Positions 13,187 through 28,169 of a stretch of DNA of 64,000 nucleotides are shown one piece after another. The notes beneath the pieces are model-generated. The model did not search any database. It was not told the origin of the DNA and saw only the letters and a list, made by a program, of their open reading frames with translations. Origin of the DNA: Eledone cirrhosa (lineage: Eukaryota); contig OZ024751.1 of the NCBI GenBank assembly GCA_964016885.1, positions 33,604,001 to 33,668,000 of the forward strand, in the 5' to 3' direction. Numbering within the stretch: position 1 is the first letter of the stretch; each line of letters starts with the position of its first letter. The position numbers and the translations under genes were made by a program.

Positions 13187-14140
13187 CCATATATATATAT
13201 ATATATATACATACACATACCATATATATATATATACACATACCATATATATACATACATACACATACCATATATATATACATACATACACATACCATAT
13301 ATATATATACATACATACACATACCATATATATATATACATACATACACATACCATATATATATATACATACATACACATACCATATATATATATATACA
13401 TACACATACCATATATATATAAATAAATGAATATATATATATATATTATACACATACCATATATATATAAATATATATATATACACACACACATACCATA
13501 TATATATATACATACACATACCATATATATATATATATACATACACATACCATATATATATATATACATACACATACCATATATATATATATATATACAT
13601 ACAATATATATATATATATATATATACATACACATACCATATATATATATATATATATACATACACATACCATATATATATATATATATATACATACACA
13701 TACCATATATATATATATATATACATACACATACCATATATATATATATATATACATACACATACCATATATATATATACATACACATACCATATATATA
13801 TATATATATATATATACATACACATACCATATATATATATATATATATACATACACATACCATATATATATATATATATATATACATACACATACCATAT
13901 ATATATATATATATACATACACATACCATATATATATATATATATACATACACATACCATATATATATATATATATACATACACATACCATATATATATA
14001 TATATATATATACATACACATACCATATATATATATATATATATACATACACATACCATATATATATATATATATATATATTATACACACACCATATATT
14101 TACAGGACAATATATATAGATCACAACCACTCCACATTGT
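10340..14140. repeat. Compound (TA)n/CATACACAT(ACC) microsatellite array containing a CR1 fragment
   Basis: Direct inspection. Confidence 0.95.
10868..11348 (+). mobile_element. CR1-clade LINE 3' fragment inserted in (TA)n array
   Basis: [44 protein letters not shown] is the CR1 ORF2 C-terminus. 3' end GTAGTGCACCTGAGCACT...(ATT)n. Shorter 3' copies at about 1815-1892 and 61401-61441. Confidence 0.9.
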
Positions 14141-15177
14141 GCTTTTATGCATTGCAGTCATTTTATATTGAATTTTTCAGCAAGCTGCTAAAACTATTTG
14201 AAAGCATGCTACATATTTGCAATGACTGCTATGAGAGGCTGTCTGATGGCTTTCACTAGAAGACTCTTCTATTGTCATACATGCTTTGAAGGAAGAAAAT
14301 CTATGTTACGAGAGAATCAGAGGAAGCTCTATAAAAACTCCTGTGACAATAAATTGAAGGGTTTTCTATTTCAAATAAGAGTCTTCATTGTCTTCTAAAA
14401 TTAAGTTAAAACGACATCCTTCTCCTCTTTCTGTCATAGAGATTCACTACACCCACATATAGATTCACACAACATACTATAACTAAATGGATAAGATATT
14501 AAACTACCAACTCATAGGCTTCCGGTTCAAATTCTATGCTTTTTTTTTGGGGGGGGGGGGGTATATTTGAGAAAAATCTTGGTTTACCTAGATTTGGGAA
14601 TTACCTGTGATAACTGTTGGTACCCTATCCAATTGAAAACGGGTCTTTTAACCTCATTAGCACTACACAATCTCAGCTAAGAATAAGCACAGACCTTTAT
14701 AAGTTCTTTGGAACTTAGGCAACTGAGAGAGGTGGGGAGAATGAGACAGAAATAAAGTAAGAGAGAGAGAAGACAGAGACAGAGAAGATTTTAATTAACA
14801 AATTAATTAAAATAAGAAATCACCATGTTATTTGAAATAAGTTTAAGAAAGGATTTCATTCATTCAATGGCAACTTTTCAAAAGTATATTTACTCTAAAC
14901 TCTGTTTTGTTCAGTAATTTATATGTTTATTTTTTTTTATCATAAAACAACAATTGACAAAACAGAAATTTTAACCCTTTCATTTCCATGTTTCTTGTAA
15001 AATATATTGTCAATGTGTTTCGATTAATTTCGGTAATAATTTTAAACTTTAGGGAATTTAGTGAAATAACTTTTTCATTAAACTTTAACTTCACAAAAAC
15101 TTACATAAAATTTTGATGGACAGTTTTAATGTAAGGATGAACATTTTAAAACAGTGTTGTAACAGAATAGAGGACAG

Positions 15178-15960
15178 GTGATGGTGATGGTGTTGATAGT
15201 AGTGTTGGTGGTAGTGGTAGTAGTGTTGGTGGTAGTGGTGTTGATGCTAGCGGTGATAGTGGTGTTGATGGTAGTGGTGTTGATGGTAGTGGTGATAGTG
15301 ATAGTAGTGTTGATGGTAGCGGTGATAGTAGTAATAGTGTTGATGGTAGTGGTAGTAGTGTTGGTGGTAGTGGTGTTGATGCTAGCGGTGGTAGTGGTGT
15401 TGATGGTAGTGGTGTTGATGGTAGTGGTGATAGTGATAGTAGTGTTGATGGTAGCGGTGATAGTAGTAATAGTGTTGATGGTAGTGGTAGTAGTGTTGGT
15501 GGTAGTGGTGTTGATGCTAGCGGTGATAGTGGTAGTAGTGATGATGGTAGTGGTGTTGATGGTAGTGGTGGTAGTGGTGTTGATGGTAGTGGTGATAGTG
15601 ATAGTAGTGTTGATGGTGATAGTGATAGTAGTGATGGTAGTGGTGATAGTAATAGTAGTATTGGTGATAGTGATAGTAGTGTTGATGGTGATAGTGATAG
15701 TAGTGATGGTAGTGGTGATAGTAATAGTAGTATTGGTGATAGTGATAGTACTGTTGATAGTAGCGGTGTTGGTGGTAGTAGTGTTGATGGTAGTGGTGTT
15801 GATGCTAGCGGTGATAGTGGTAGTAGTGTTGATGCTAGCGGTGATAGTGGTAGCAGTGATGGTGATGGTGGTGGTAGTGGTGATGATGGTAGCAGTGATA
15901 GTGGTGATGGTGGTGGTGATGGTGGTGGTGGTGGTGATGGTGGTGGTAGTGGTGGTAGCA
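15178..15960. repeat. Degenerate GTG/GTA/GAT trinucleotide tract with internal block duplications
   Basis: Direct inspection. Confidence 0.9.
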
Positions 15961-16519
15961 AAATGGTTAAAATACAGACAAGTCGAGAGAATCACTGACA
16001 AATGGTCAACTATGTTAATGTCTTTTGTCATTTATTTCCAAAAGGACACTCTCTCAATTACTCTCCTAAATTGGTCACACAATAATTAGGAAGTATGGAA
16101 TACAGCTCGTTAAGTCCAAAACAGTAGAAAGAAAACAAATGAGTGTTTTACTAGAAAAAAGAAGCCTACTTCAATTTGTATTTAATTATGATTTAAAAAA
16201 ATATGTAGAAACTCAGAATTAAATTTCCTCCAGGTCAGAGGCCCCTAATTTATGAGGTTCCATAAATATACTGAAGCAGGCCTTACTCAAGGTGAGAAGT
16301 ACCTAGTATAGGGGAAGGTTCCACTCAAGGTCAGAAGTCCCTAGTTTAGGGGAAGGTTCTATAGATATACTAAAGCAGGTCTTACTGGGGTTACTCAACT
16401 GTTGACCTTAATGTAGCAAATGTCAAACACATGGTTTAGGCTATTAACAGCAGTTCATTGAAATTATCTACAACTGTGTCAGCTGACGACTTTCTAACAA
16501 ATCACTTTATAATCATTCT

Positions 16520-16890
16520 TAGCTGTAACTAGCAGCCGGCTATACACACATATATATACATATATATACACACATAGCTTTAACTAGCAACCAGCTATAC
16601 ACACATATATATACATATACACACATAGCTTTAACTAGCAACCAGCTATACACACATAGCTGTAACTAGCAGCCAGCTTTACACATATATATACATATAT
16701 ACACACATAGCTGTAACTAGCAGCCAGCTTTACACATATATATACATATATACACACATAGCTGTAACTGGCAGCCAGCTTTACACATATATATACATAT
16801 ATACACACATAGCTGTAACTGGCTAGCCGGCTATACACATATATATACATACATAGTTGTATCTAGTTAGCCGGTTATATACATATATAC
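16520..16890. repeat. ~52-bp minisatellite
   Basis: TAGCTGTAACTAGCAGCCAGCT followed by AC/AT tract. Confidence 0.85.
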
Positions 16891-17082
16891 ATACATTATC
16901 TAATGTGTCCCTCCCTATATAAAATGGTAGAGTATAGATTTGAGGTTGATTTAGCTGCAATTTTTAGTATGTTGAGCAACTACATACGGGTTGACTCAAG
17001 AAATGTGACAATAGCTGCCACAGAAATGATTGTTATAGAAAACTCTGTAAAAAGTTAAATATATATCTGGATCTCAATAAAG

Positions 17083-17127
<45 letters not shown>

Positions 17128-17129
17128 GT

Positions 17130-17163
<34 letters not shown>

Positions 17164-17399
17164 GTGTGATATATATATATATATATATATTGGGTGTGAT
17201 ATATATATATATATATATTGGGTGTGATCAACACAGATGTCTCTCGTTTCCTAAAGTTTCAGATTTGGTTTTATTTATCAAGTTGTGTTACTAAAAACAC
17301 TGAAACCCAACACCCCTAACGAATTTCACAACCCAGATTATAATAAGTGTAGTCACTTATTATAATCTGGATTGTAAAATTCATCCTTGTTTCTTCATC

Positions 17400-17650
17400 T
17401 TGTTTAACCCCCAAGTCAGGCCTAACTAATACAACCTGTTGTTTATAATGTTGTTGTTTAACCCCCAAGTCAGGCCTAACTAATACATCCTGCTGTTTAT
17501 AATGTTAACACCAAGTCAGGCCCAACTAATCCATCTATCTATTTATCATGTTAACACCAAGTCAGGCCTAACTAATTCATCCATCTATTTATCATGCTGT
17601 TTAACACCAAGTCAGGCCTAACTAATCCATCCATCTATTTATGTTGTTTA
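17400..17650. repeat. ~50-bp tandem repeat, 5 copies
   Basis: Core CAAGTCAGGCCTAACTAAT. Confidence 0.85.
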
Positions 17651-19174
17651 ATTAGTAGTAGTAGTAGTAGTGGTGGTGGTGGCAGTAGCAATATTGTATT
17701 GGTAGTTTAACAATAGTGAAAGACACTCCAGTCATGACAATCCCATCATTTCCTGTTCCCTAGCCTATGTATATCTAGGAGGACACTATCTAATGTACCT
17801 TCTCTATCTTTAAGACAGCTGTTATTTCTAGCAGGTCAAAGAACCACAGTCTACAATGCATTAGTTTCTGTTATTACTGCCAGGGGATGTTAACTTACCA
17901 GACAATAAATATACTAACAATTCTATCATTGTTTTATATTAGGTTTGAGGAGACCAAAGGATGTGGCACTCCTACAACTGTATGGAATATAGTACATCAT
18001 CATCATCATCGTTTAACGTCTATCTTCCAAGCTAGTATGGGTTAGATGGGAATTGTCCCAGTTGGGGCAAGATTGATTGGGTGACCGTGTCTTGCTCGTA
18101 TGTAGCTCTATATCCAGGGAGTGTAACTTGGAGTTACTGTAGGTTCACCTGGGTGAGCACTCCATCTTTAGGGCCACTTCAGTGTCGAGCTAGACAGAGT
18201 GTATTATAGTGAAATAAGATAACGAACGTCGTCCTTATTTTATTTCACTATGGCTCTACATGTAGGTCTATATGTAGGTCTACATGTCGCTCTATATGTA
18301 GCTCTATATGTAGGTCTACATGTAGCTCTATATGTAGGTCTACATGTAGCTCTACATGTGGTGAAGCTAAACAATAGTGATACTACTCTACACTATAGTG
18401 TTATATTTCAACATTTCTTTTCAGAAATGTTCTACATTGCTGTAGAAATAGTTACAATATACTGTACTAGGATATTTTAGTGCTTTTGACCCCAACACAC
18501 CCTAAAAATATAGGGATAACAAATGAAATTCAATGTTGTTTTAGTTACTGTTTAATGAGGGTGGTAAGGGCAATACACACGACTTAGGGAAGAAGATAAC
18601 TTCAATGACGAAACCTGGTAAAAATGATTACAACAGAGTGGACTCTACTAAATATACTTAAAGGCTATGAGTTAAGTGAAAATCTGTTCTAATTCGAAGG
18701 TTCATCAGGCTAGTAAATGAGATATGGGGACCCCGGACCCATCTGAGCACTCAACAGAGTGTGTGCATGTGATATATAGGGACCTCTGGCCCATTTGAGC
18801 ACTCAACAGTGTAAATGTGACTGAGTTATGGGGATCCCTGGCCCATCTGAGCACTCAACAGAGAGTGGGAATGTAAGTGAAATGTAGGGACCCCTTTAAT
18901 GTAACAAATATCTCATAAATAGAAATAAAATTACCTAAAAAAATCTTCTTGGCTACTCACCCAGATAGAAACAGAAACGAAATTTCCTCAAATCACATCT
19001 TAATATTTGTTTTAAAATTAAGGTCACATTGGAGTGATCCCAAATGCACTACATTTGAAAACCGATGAGATGGTCATGGGCAGAATGTTTTTAACTAAAA
19101 GCCTGCTTGGTCATCTTTAATCTGAGACTACATTAGTTCTTCAACAGTGTAAATGTGTAAAAAAAAATGCTTAC

Positions 19175-19242
19175 CTATATTTTCTTGTGTTTTCTATTAC
19201 TGAGTCCCCAAGCCTATTTAGATTCATTTTCAGTGAGGCACA
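19175..19242 (-). other. Candidate non-coding 5' UTR exon of the SFMBT gene
   Basis: Polypyrimidine tract CTCTGTCTACTTTTCTAG acceptor and AG|GTAAG donor bracket 68 nt. Splice signals only. Confidence 0.35.
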
Positions 19243-19409
19243 CTAGAAAAGTAGACAGAGTTACTAGTTAAACTTAATGAAGTCTCAAATACTCAACAGT
19301 TGACATAACAAAATATAGAAAAGTGGTTGGGGTTGCCAGTAAAACATGGGTAGGAGTTCCTTAATTTATGAAACATTGTATAGGGATTCTACACCAAAAT
19401 GTTTAGGGT

Positions 19410-19885
19410 CTTGGCACAAAACCAGCAATTTGAAAGGAGAAGGGGAAAGTCAAATAAAACGTAAAGTTGACTTCGGCAGGGTTTAAACTCAGACGATAAA
19501 GACCAGCAATAAATACCGCAAAGCAGTATCTATCGGACACTCTACCGATTCTGCTAATCTAAGTTATCTCTTCTTTCTGTGTTAGATATGTCGGTAAAAT
19601 GTCTTAACTATAAATGAATTGTTCGTTGTCCATTCCGCTAAACACCAAACTAATGAGAAATTATTTAGTTAAAGAATATAAAACAGTGGCACGTAACATT
19701 ATAGAGATTACAATTATTGGGTGACAGTAATAATGGGTTCTAGTATAGGCACAAGGCCAACAATTTAGGGGGGGGGGAAAGTCAATTAAATCGACCCCAG
19801 TGCGTTACAGGTACTTTATTTTATCGACCTCATAAGGATAGAAGGCAAAGTTAACCTCAGCGGGATTTGAACTCAGAACGTAACT
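19410..19885 (-). mobile_element. Two decayed Meta-SINE copies (19410-19560, 19731-19882)
   Basis: Similarity to 74-263. Confidence 0.75.
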
Positions 19886-22800
19886 CAATGCCTAAAACCA
19901 TATCCGGTGACTGTAATAATACTAACTATATGTTATAATATTAACTGTAATAATACTAACGAAATTACTCCTTACCTTCTTTGTAACCAGAACTATAATG
20001 GAAGAATTCACTTAAACACACAACTTACACAAATATTTACTAAAGAATTATTTTTTAAAAATTAATATCAGTTTCAAAATGTCTTAACATTAATCATGTC
20101 ATATTGAGGTGATTGACAGAATCGAAGAATTGTTAAATGAGGATCATTATATTCTCGGCTCAAATCTCACTAATGTTCACCTTTTTTATTTTTACATCAA
20201 GTCTCTGTCGATAAATGAAGTTTTAATCGATATAATCACCCAGCACCACCTAAATTTATAGCTTCCACTCCATATTATAAGTTATTTCCACAGATTCACA
20301 ACTACTTGGCATTATACTGCGTTAAATAAATGTTATATTTTTATATAAGGAATAAATATAATTAGATTTTCTACACAAACACATAATTACCATTACCTTT
20401 ATCAAAGAAAACACAGGTACAAGGAAAAGTTGTCAAAAATGTGGACCAAGGGAAGGTAAACAACGAGAAAAAAGGAAGCTTTTAGAAAACAATCTAAACA
20501 GATTCCACAATATATTTATTGGAAGATATTTACAGAATCAAAGACGTAAACATTGACAATAGAAAAGGTTAGGGGGAGGAACATTGCAATATAAAAAAAA
20601 AACAATTTACGTGGAGTGATCAATAACCAAACTACAAACATTCGATCTACTTCTGCAGCTTTTATTCAATAATTCTAACATTTTTATGAGCAAGCAACCC
20701 AGCTGTCTCTCTCTCTCTCTCTTCGCTTTATTACGCACCTTAAATATTCAACGTCTGTCCACACACCCACTTAAGGTATGGTTCTACTACTGTCCCCTAC
20801 CACCACCCTTTCTCTACAGACCCTTACACCCACTTAAGGTAGCTGTATGGTTCTACTACTGTCCCCCACATCAGTGCCACCACCACCACCCTTTCTCTAC
20901 AGACCCTTACACCCACTTAAGGTAGCTGTAAGGTTCTACTACTGTCCCCACCTTTATACACCACCACTTCTCAACAGACATTACCCTACACCCACAACCG
21001 CCTAATTCCAACATATTATTCTTGTTTTTACTTTTCTACTACAAGGGAAAAATTCTCGCCGCTAAACACAACTGACTGCGTGTATATGACTGTGTGTATA
21101 TATACACGCAGTCAGTTGTGTTTATATATATATATATAAATAAATATATATATATAACAGCGATGAATAAATGGAAGGAAATGTAGCAAGTAAAACGCAT
21201 TGAAACGCCTCACTTTTCAGAATAACTAAAATCGATTATTACCAAAAACAAATAAATAGAAAAATATGTTAATAATAATAATAATTTCTTTAGCGAAAAT
21301 AATTTAAAAAATAAAATAAGTGTCAATAATAAGGCTAAGGTCATTGTAATTTCTAAATAGAAATATACCAAAATATTTCGGGGGGGATTAGATATTTGAA
21401 ATATTTGGGATTAGATGTTTGAAATCAATAGAGAAAGTAGAATGTTGTATGACCAATGCCGTGATTATGGGAAGGGAATTGTGGAAAATTAAATATTTTC
21501 TCCGTAAACTACTCTATTTTATAATAAACACCAACAAGAATAAGAAGCGCACTGACCAACTAGTGGTAAATATAAAAGAGGAGTGTGTGGTTAATTAATG
21601 GAACTCCCAGCAGTAATTAACAACTATGACAACACACAAACAATTGAATGTACTTTAAAAGACAACCAACTTAAATGAACAGATTTCTTGCTAATAATGT
21701 CTAAAGTCTTTTTAAAACCCTTTTTTTTTTAAATATAAAAAAGAAACCTCTTTCTAAATACGCTAATAGGTGAAATGGAAGATTACATACTACGTTCCTT
21801 ATCTAATTATATCGTTTCGTTGACATTATTTACTGCAGTACAAATATAATACAACAGCCTTCAGTGATTTGCAATAATGTAACGAAAAGGTATTTAAATT
21901 ATAAATAAACAGACGGTATTTAGAGAATCTTTCCTTAATAATATAATTCCTTTAATACATAAACCACAAGAACCGCCATTTTGCCTCACCGAATCCTACA
22001 AACTTTTCACTATTCTCTGCACAAAGAGCGAAATAAATATTGCCAAGAAAATTAGAGGTAAATGTTAGGAAAAACTATCTGAGTGGATCTTGGTTAAAAA
22101 AGATCTGACATGTTTGGCTTGTTGGGTAATTTACTACAAATCTAGATATACAAAAATAACCATTAACACAACAGCAACTTCAAAAGACATTACAAAGCAA
22201 TATTGATATTTAATATTGTTTTAATAGAAGCTGGAAAGAAATATTGTGTAGAAGATGGTAGTTGCAGCTTCTCTGCCAATATATTTATAATACCATAATA
22301 CTTGGTTAAATGGCTATTAACAAATATAGAAACTAGTAAATGTTTACCAAAGATGTATTTATTCTGACAGAGAGGAATGTGGTGCTAACAGAAAAGTAGG
22401 AAAATTTATAAAATACTAGAAAAAAAAAAAAAAAAAAAAAAAAAATCAATAAATGAATCGGATAGAGTTACAAAATAACTAATTCGAAAGAAAAATCGAA
22501 CGATCATACAGATCGAACTCTAGTATATATATATTAATGTGTTCATTCATACACACACACAAACAAATATCTCTCTCGTATTATGTATATATACATACAC
22601 ACAAATATCTCTCATATATATATATACACGCACATATATAATATATATACATATAGAGAGAGAAGGGGTGCATGTATATAGAAATATATACAAACACATG
22701 TGTGTATGTTGATGTATGTAGTAACATACAGCTGGTTGTCTGTATATACTGTATATATATTCAGTGTATATACATAAGATTTCTTTCGTATATATTTGAA

Positions 22801-23528
22801 CTTTTTATCAAAAATATTACATTAAAATATAATATATATACGTGTATGTTATATATAATCTTAATGTTAAAAATAAAAAAATTACTATATTATGTAATGT
22901 TAGCGAACTATGAATTAAAAGAAATTTTAAGTCAATCGTAGTTGACGTGTTTGTTTCATATATTATATACATATATATATTATATATGTGTGTGTATATA
23001 CATATATAGATGTGTGCGTTATATATATATATATATAGATGTGAGTGTGCATTATATATGTGTGTGTGTGCGTTATATATATAGAGAGGTACAAACATAT
23101 GTATATATATAATGTAACGTGTGCTGTTTAAATGTGTGTGTGTATGTATGAATGTATGTGTGTGTGTAGAAAGGGGGAAAGAGAGAGTTATAAAGTACAT
23201 TAGATAAAGAAAGAGAAAAAGATAAACAAAGACATAAGAGGAATAATCTTGGTAATTCTTACCACTAATTTACACATATATACATATGTCTATATATTAC
23301 ATCTATGTGTGTATATATTACATCGATGTGTGTATATATTACATCGATGTGTGTATGTTTAACTGGGAGAAGTTTTAGTGGAAACTCTTTCTAAAAAGAA
23401 AATATAAATATATATATGTATATATATTAGAAGTGAGAAAAATAACTTTCAAATGATCTCCAATTAATTCGATGGTGGAAATATACAACTTTTATGTATA
23501 TATATATATATTTGTAAAAGTGTGTTAC

Positions 23529-23630
23529 CTGGCAGTTTCGTCGGTCGTCCATAGTTGAAGGGTGGAAGTCAACTCCATCTGAATGAGAGACTGAACAAAA
23601 TGGCAACTGTAAGGTAATACGCATGCGTAA
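23529..23630 (-). promoter_or_regulatory. Candidate promoter/first non-coding exon of SFMBT gene
   Basis: NRF1-like palindrome TACGCATGCGTA 23618-23629, YY1-like CAAAATGGC 23596-23604, local CpGs, and donor CAG|GTAAC at 23529/23528. A second YY1 site (CCGCCATTTTG) with a GTGAG donor lies at about 21973-21990. Confidence 0.4.
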
Positions 23631-24189
23631 TATCGAACATAGAGAAAAAGAGTAAGAGATTGATACAGAGGGTGAGAAGGGGAGTGAGAGAGAAAGAGTA
23701 AAAGTTTAAGTAGGAGAGGAAAACAGTAAAGAAATATTTTTTTTCGAGAGAGAGGGTAAGGTAAGGCCGGGAGAGAGGGAGGAAGAGGGGGTTCTACTCA
23801 TATCTACTCCCTCCTCCTCATCTTTCACTATCATAGCTATGGAAGGCCAATGGTACTATAATGCAATAGCTGTGATGTAGTTGTGCGTTGATTGGGTGAG
23901 AGAATTAATAGTTTTTCGGTAGGGGTGGCGGTGATGATGGTGATGCCCGTGGGGGTGTCAGTGGTGTTAGTGGTGGTGGAGCCCGTGTGGGTGTTAGTGG
24001 TGTTAGTGGTGGTAGTGGTGCCCGTGGGGGTGTTAGTGGTGGTGGTGATGCCTATGGGGGTGTTAGTGATGGTGATAGTGACCGTGGGGGTGTTAGTAGT
24101 GGTGGTGGTGGTGATTGTGAATAGAAAGACGATCAATTAGATATTAAAATGAGGGCCTAGCTTATTGATTATTGTTTTTTTTTTATTTA

Positions 24190-24330
24190 GGTACCACAAG
24201 GCCAACAATTTTTAGGAGAGGGGGAAAGTCGGTTAAATCCATCCCAGTGCATCACTGGTACATTGTTTTATCGACCCCCGTTAGTATGAAAGGCAAAGCT
24301 AACCTCGGCAGGTTTTGAACTCAGACCCTT
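24190..24330 (-). mobile_element. Meta-SINE copy
   Basis: Similarity to 74-263. Confidence 0.75.
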
Positions 24331-24419
24331 AAAGATCATAACTGGATGCAGTGAATATTCTACCAATTTGAAAGTAAAAATAGTTTTAGAAAGAAAAATG
24401 TCAATTTTTGAATTATCTA

Positions 24420-25270
24420 ATATCTAAAGTGTGGCCCAGTTTAACATAGCACCATAGCGCCCCATCTAAAGTGTGGCCCAGTTTAACACACCACCATAGG
24501 ACCCCATCTAAAGTGTGGCCCAGTTTAACACCACCATAGCGCCCCATCTAAAGTGTGGCCCAGTTTAACACCACCATAGCGCCCCATCTAAAGTGTGGCC
24601 CAGTTTAACACCACCATAGCGCCCCATCTAAAGTGTAGCCCAGTTTAACACCACCATAGCGCCCCATCTAAAGTGTGGCCCAGTTTAACACCACCATAGC
24701 GCCCCATCTAAAGTGTGGCCCAGTTTAACACACCACCATAGGACCCCATCTAAAGTGTGGCCCAGTTTAACACCACCATAGCGCCCCATCTAAAGTGTGG
24801 CCCAGTTTAACACACCACCATAGCGCCCCATCTAAAGTGTGGCTCAGTTTAACACACCACCATAGCGCCCCATCTAAAGTGTAGCCCAGTTTAACACCAC
24901 CATAGCGCCCCATCTAAAGTGTGGCCCAGTTTAACACCACCATAGCGCCCCATCTAAAGTGTGGCCTAGTTTAACACACCACCATAGGACCCCATCTAAA
25001 GTGTGGCCCAGTTTAACACCACCATAGCGCCCCATCTAAAGTGTGGCCTAGTTTAACACAGCACCATAGTGCCCCATCTAAAGTGTGGCCCAGTTTAACA
25101 CCACCATAGCGCCCCATCTAAAGTGTGGACCAGTTTAACACAGCACCATAGCGCCCCATCTAAAGTGTGGCCCAGTTTAACACACCACCATAGCGCCCCA
25201 TCTAAAGTGTGGCCCAGTTTAACACACCACCATAGCGCCCCATCTAATGTGTAGCCCAGTTTAACACCAC
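24420..25270. repeat. 40/42-bp minisatellite, ~21 copies
   Basis: ATCTAAAGTGTGGCCCAGTTTAACACCACCATAGCGCCCC. Confidence 0.95.
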
Positions 25271-26137
25271 CACCAGACTCCAAGGTTGGATTAAACATTA
25301 AAATAAACACGTTTGGAACATCAAAGGAAGAGGTTCCCCCCCCCCCCCCATTTTATGCAAATTACTATTTGTCATTTGTCATTTAAAAAATTTTTTTCAT
25401 TTAAAAAAAATGCTTTGGTAGACTTTATATAAGGGGAGGGAGAGAGAGTTCCATAAGTTTTTTAGCTGCTTAAAGCCTGAAAAATACTCCATTTGACACT
25501 TTCTGACTCTTAGGTGCTATATAGTATGTAGTATATAGTATATATTGTATATAGTATATACTACATATAGTATATACTATATATACTATATACAATATAT
25601 ATACTATATATATATATATACTATATATATGTACAGTATATATATATACTATATATATATATACTATATATATACTATATATATATACTATATATATATA
25701 CTATATACATATATACAATATATATATACTATATATATATATATACTATATATATATATAGTGTATATAGTATACAACAGTTTATAGTTAAAATCAGTCA
25801 AGAAAATAAGACTTTGAACTGTTGCCGTTCATTTGACTATTTTATACAGTTTAAACATTCACTTCCTTGTGTGTGAGAGTTTGTGGGCATGTATGTGTGT
25901 ATGTGTGTATGTGTGAGACATATATATAAATGGAAAGAGAGAGTGTATGTGTGAGACATATATATAAATGGAAAGAGAGAGTGTGTGTGTGAGACATATA
26001 TATAAATGGAAAGAGAGAGTGTGTGTGTGAGACATATATATATAAAGGGAGAGAGAGAGTGTGTGTGTGAGACATATATATAAAGGGAGAGAGAGAGTGT
26101 GTGTGTGAGACATATATATAAAGGGAGAGAGAGAGAG

Positions 26138-26188
<51 letters not shown>

Positions 26189-26334
26189 GTGTGTGCGCGC
26201 GCGTGTGTGTGTGTATGCGTGTATGTGTGTGTGCGTGTGTGTATGGGTGGGTGTGTGTGTGTGTGTGTGTGCGTGCGTGTGTGTGTGTGTGCGTGTGTGT
26301 GTGTATGTGTGTGTGTGTATGTGTGTGTGTGCGC

Positions 26335-26380
<46 letters not shown>

Positions 26381-27218
26381 CTGTGTGTGTGTGTGCCTTC
26401 GTGTGCGCGTGTTTGAGTGCCTGTGTGTGAAATAGAGAGAGTATGTATGTATGTGTGGTAATGTACACTACGTCAGATGTAAATAAACCCAAGTATGTAT
26501 ATGTGTACGTATGTGTATATATGTATGTATGTGTATATATGTGTGTGTGTGTGTATATATGTATGTATGTGTATATATATGTATGTATGTGTATATATGT
26601 ATATATGTATGTATGTGTATATATGTATGTTCTTTAGTTTGTATTGAAACTCATTAACAATATAAGTACTAAAACAATTGAGGCGCAAAGTCCATAGTCT
26701 AGCATTTAGTATAACTATTGCATTACTATATTTATATTACTATACTATTGCTGTTATATATTACTGTTGATATATTACTATATTACTGCTGTTATATTAC
26801 TATATTACTGCTGTTATATTACTATATTACTGTTGTTATATTAGTATATAACTATATCTATATAACTATATTATTGTTGTTATATTACTATATAACTATA
26901 TCTATATTACTATATTACTGCTGTTATATTAATATATTACTATATTGATATTACTATATTACTGCTGTTATATATTACTATATTTATATTACTATGTTAT
27001 TGCTGTTATATTACTATATTACTGTTGTTACTGTATTACTATATTCATATTAATATAGTACTACGTTTATATTATACTGTAATACTGCTGAACTCTGCAA
27101 CGGTTTTCACTAAAATTTTACAAACTAATTATTTATATTCAAATCAAATAAACGTTATCGATACGATAATATATATATATATATGTGAGAAAAACCACAG
27201 ACCCTCCATCTCAACTCA

Positions 27219-27256
27219 CCTTTTGAAAAGCAGAAGAACTGCGAAACCGGTAAAGG
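27219..27256 (+). ncRNA. Degenerate minimal hammerhead
   Basis: CCTT-TTGAAAA-GCAG/CTGC-GAAA-CCGG-TA-AAGG. All three stems are intact and the core is two substitutions from CTGAAGA. Lies between (TA)n tracts. Confidence 0.55.
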
Positions 27257-27389
27257 AACCAAATAAATATATATATTTTTTAAAAAAATAAGACTTCAGT
27301 TGCATTTTCGATTTCATCCCTTTTTCTTTATACTTCCACTCGTGTAGGACACCTCGGTTATTTTTCATTTTGTAAAAAAAAACCCTCAC

Positions 27390-27493
<104 letters not shown>

Positions 27494-27779
27494 ATTACCT
27501 CAAATTTCAACATTGCATTAAATGATTTATCGAGAATTTTGAATTAGTATTAATCTATATAAATAAATATTAATCTATATCGATAAATATTAATACATAT
27601 AAATTAATATTATATTAATCTATATCAATTAATATTATATTAATTTATATAAATTAATACTAATCTAGATAAGTATTAGTAGCGTCTGTTATCTGTAAAA
27701 TAACTACGTACCGTACTTTAGTGAATGAAGTTCGAGATAAAGAGTTTCATGAGAAAACCAATGATTTCATCAGCTACTT

Positions 27780-28090
27780 TGAGACTTTAAACTAAATATT
27801 TCTCTCCATGTAGCAATGAAAGTTAATATATTTTCAGACTTTAAACTGAATATATAACTCCATGTAGCAATGAAAGTTAATATATTTTCTGATTTAAACT
27901 AAATATATCTCTTCATGTAGCAATGGAAGTTAATATATTTTCTGATTTAAACTAAATATATCTCTCCATGTAGCAATGGAAGTTAATATATTTTCTGATT
28001 TAAACTAAATATTTCTCTCCATGTAGCAATGGAAGTTAATATATTCAGACTTTAAACTAAATATATATCTCCATGTAGCAATGGAAGTTT
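27780..28090. repeat. ~54-bp minisatellite, ~6 copies
   Basis: TTTAAACTAAATAT..CTCCATGTAGCAATGGAAGTTAATATA. Confidence 0.9.
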
Positions 28091-28169
28091 AACATTATAA
28101 TATATACCCTTTATTTTATTTTATTTGGCTGTTTTAGATTTTAATTCTTTAGACTTTTTTTTTACTTGT

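Noticed and set aside
10307-14130. Many YI/HT/CV-rich ORFs here and throughout the window
   Set aside because: Translations of (TA)n, (CA)n and (GA)n microsatellites.
15126-16089. Mucin-like poly-Thr or poly-Val ORFs (also 23837-24140, 35099-35636, 56901-57256)
   Set aside because: Degenerate trinucleotide tracts open on both strands, without supported splice sites.
24420-25270. CRISPR-like appearance of 28-42-bp repeats (also 48434-48772 and 61720-62082)
   Set aside because: Head-to-tail units without unique spacers, no cas genes, eukaryotic context.
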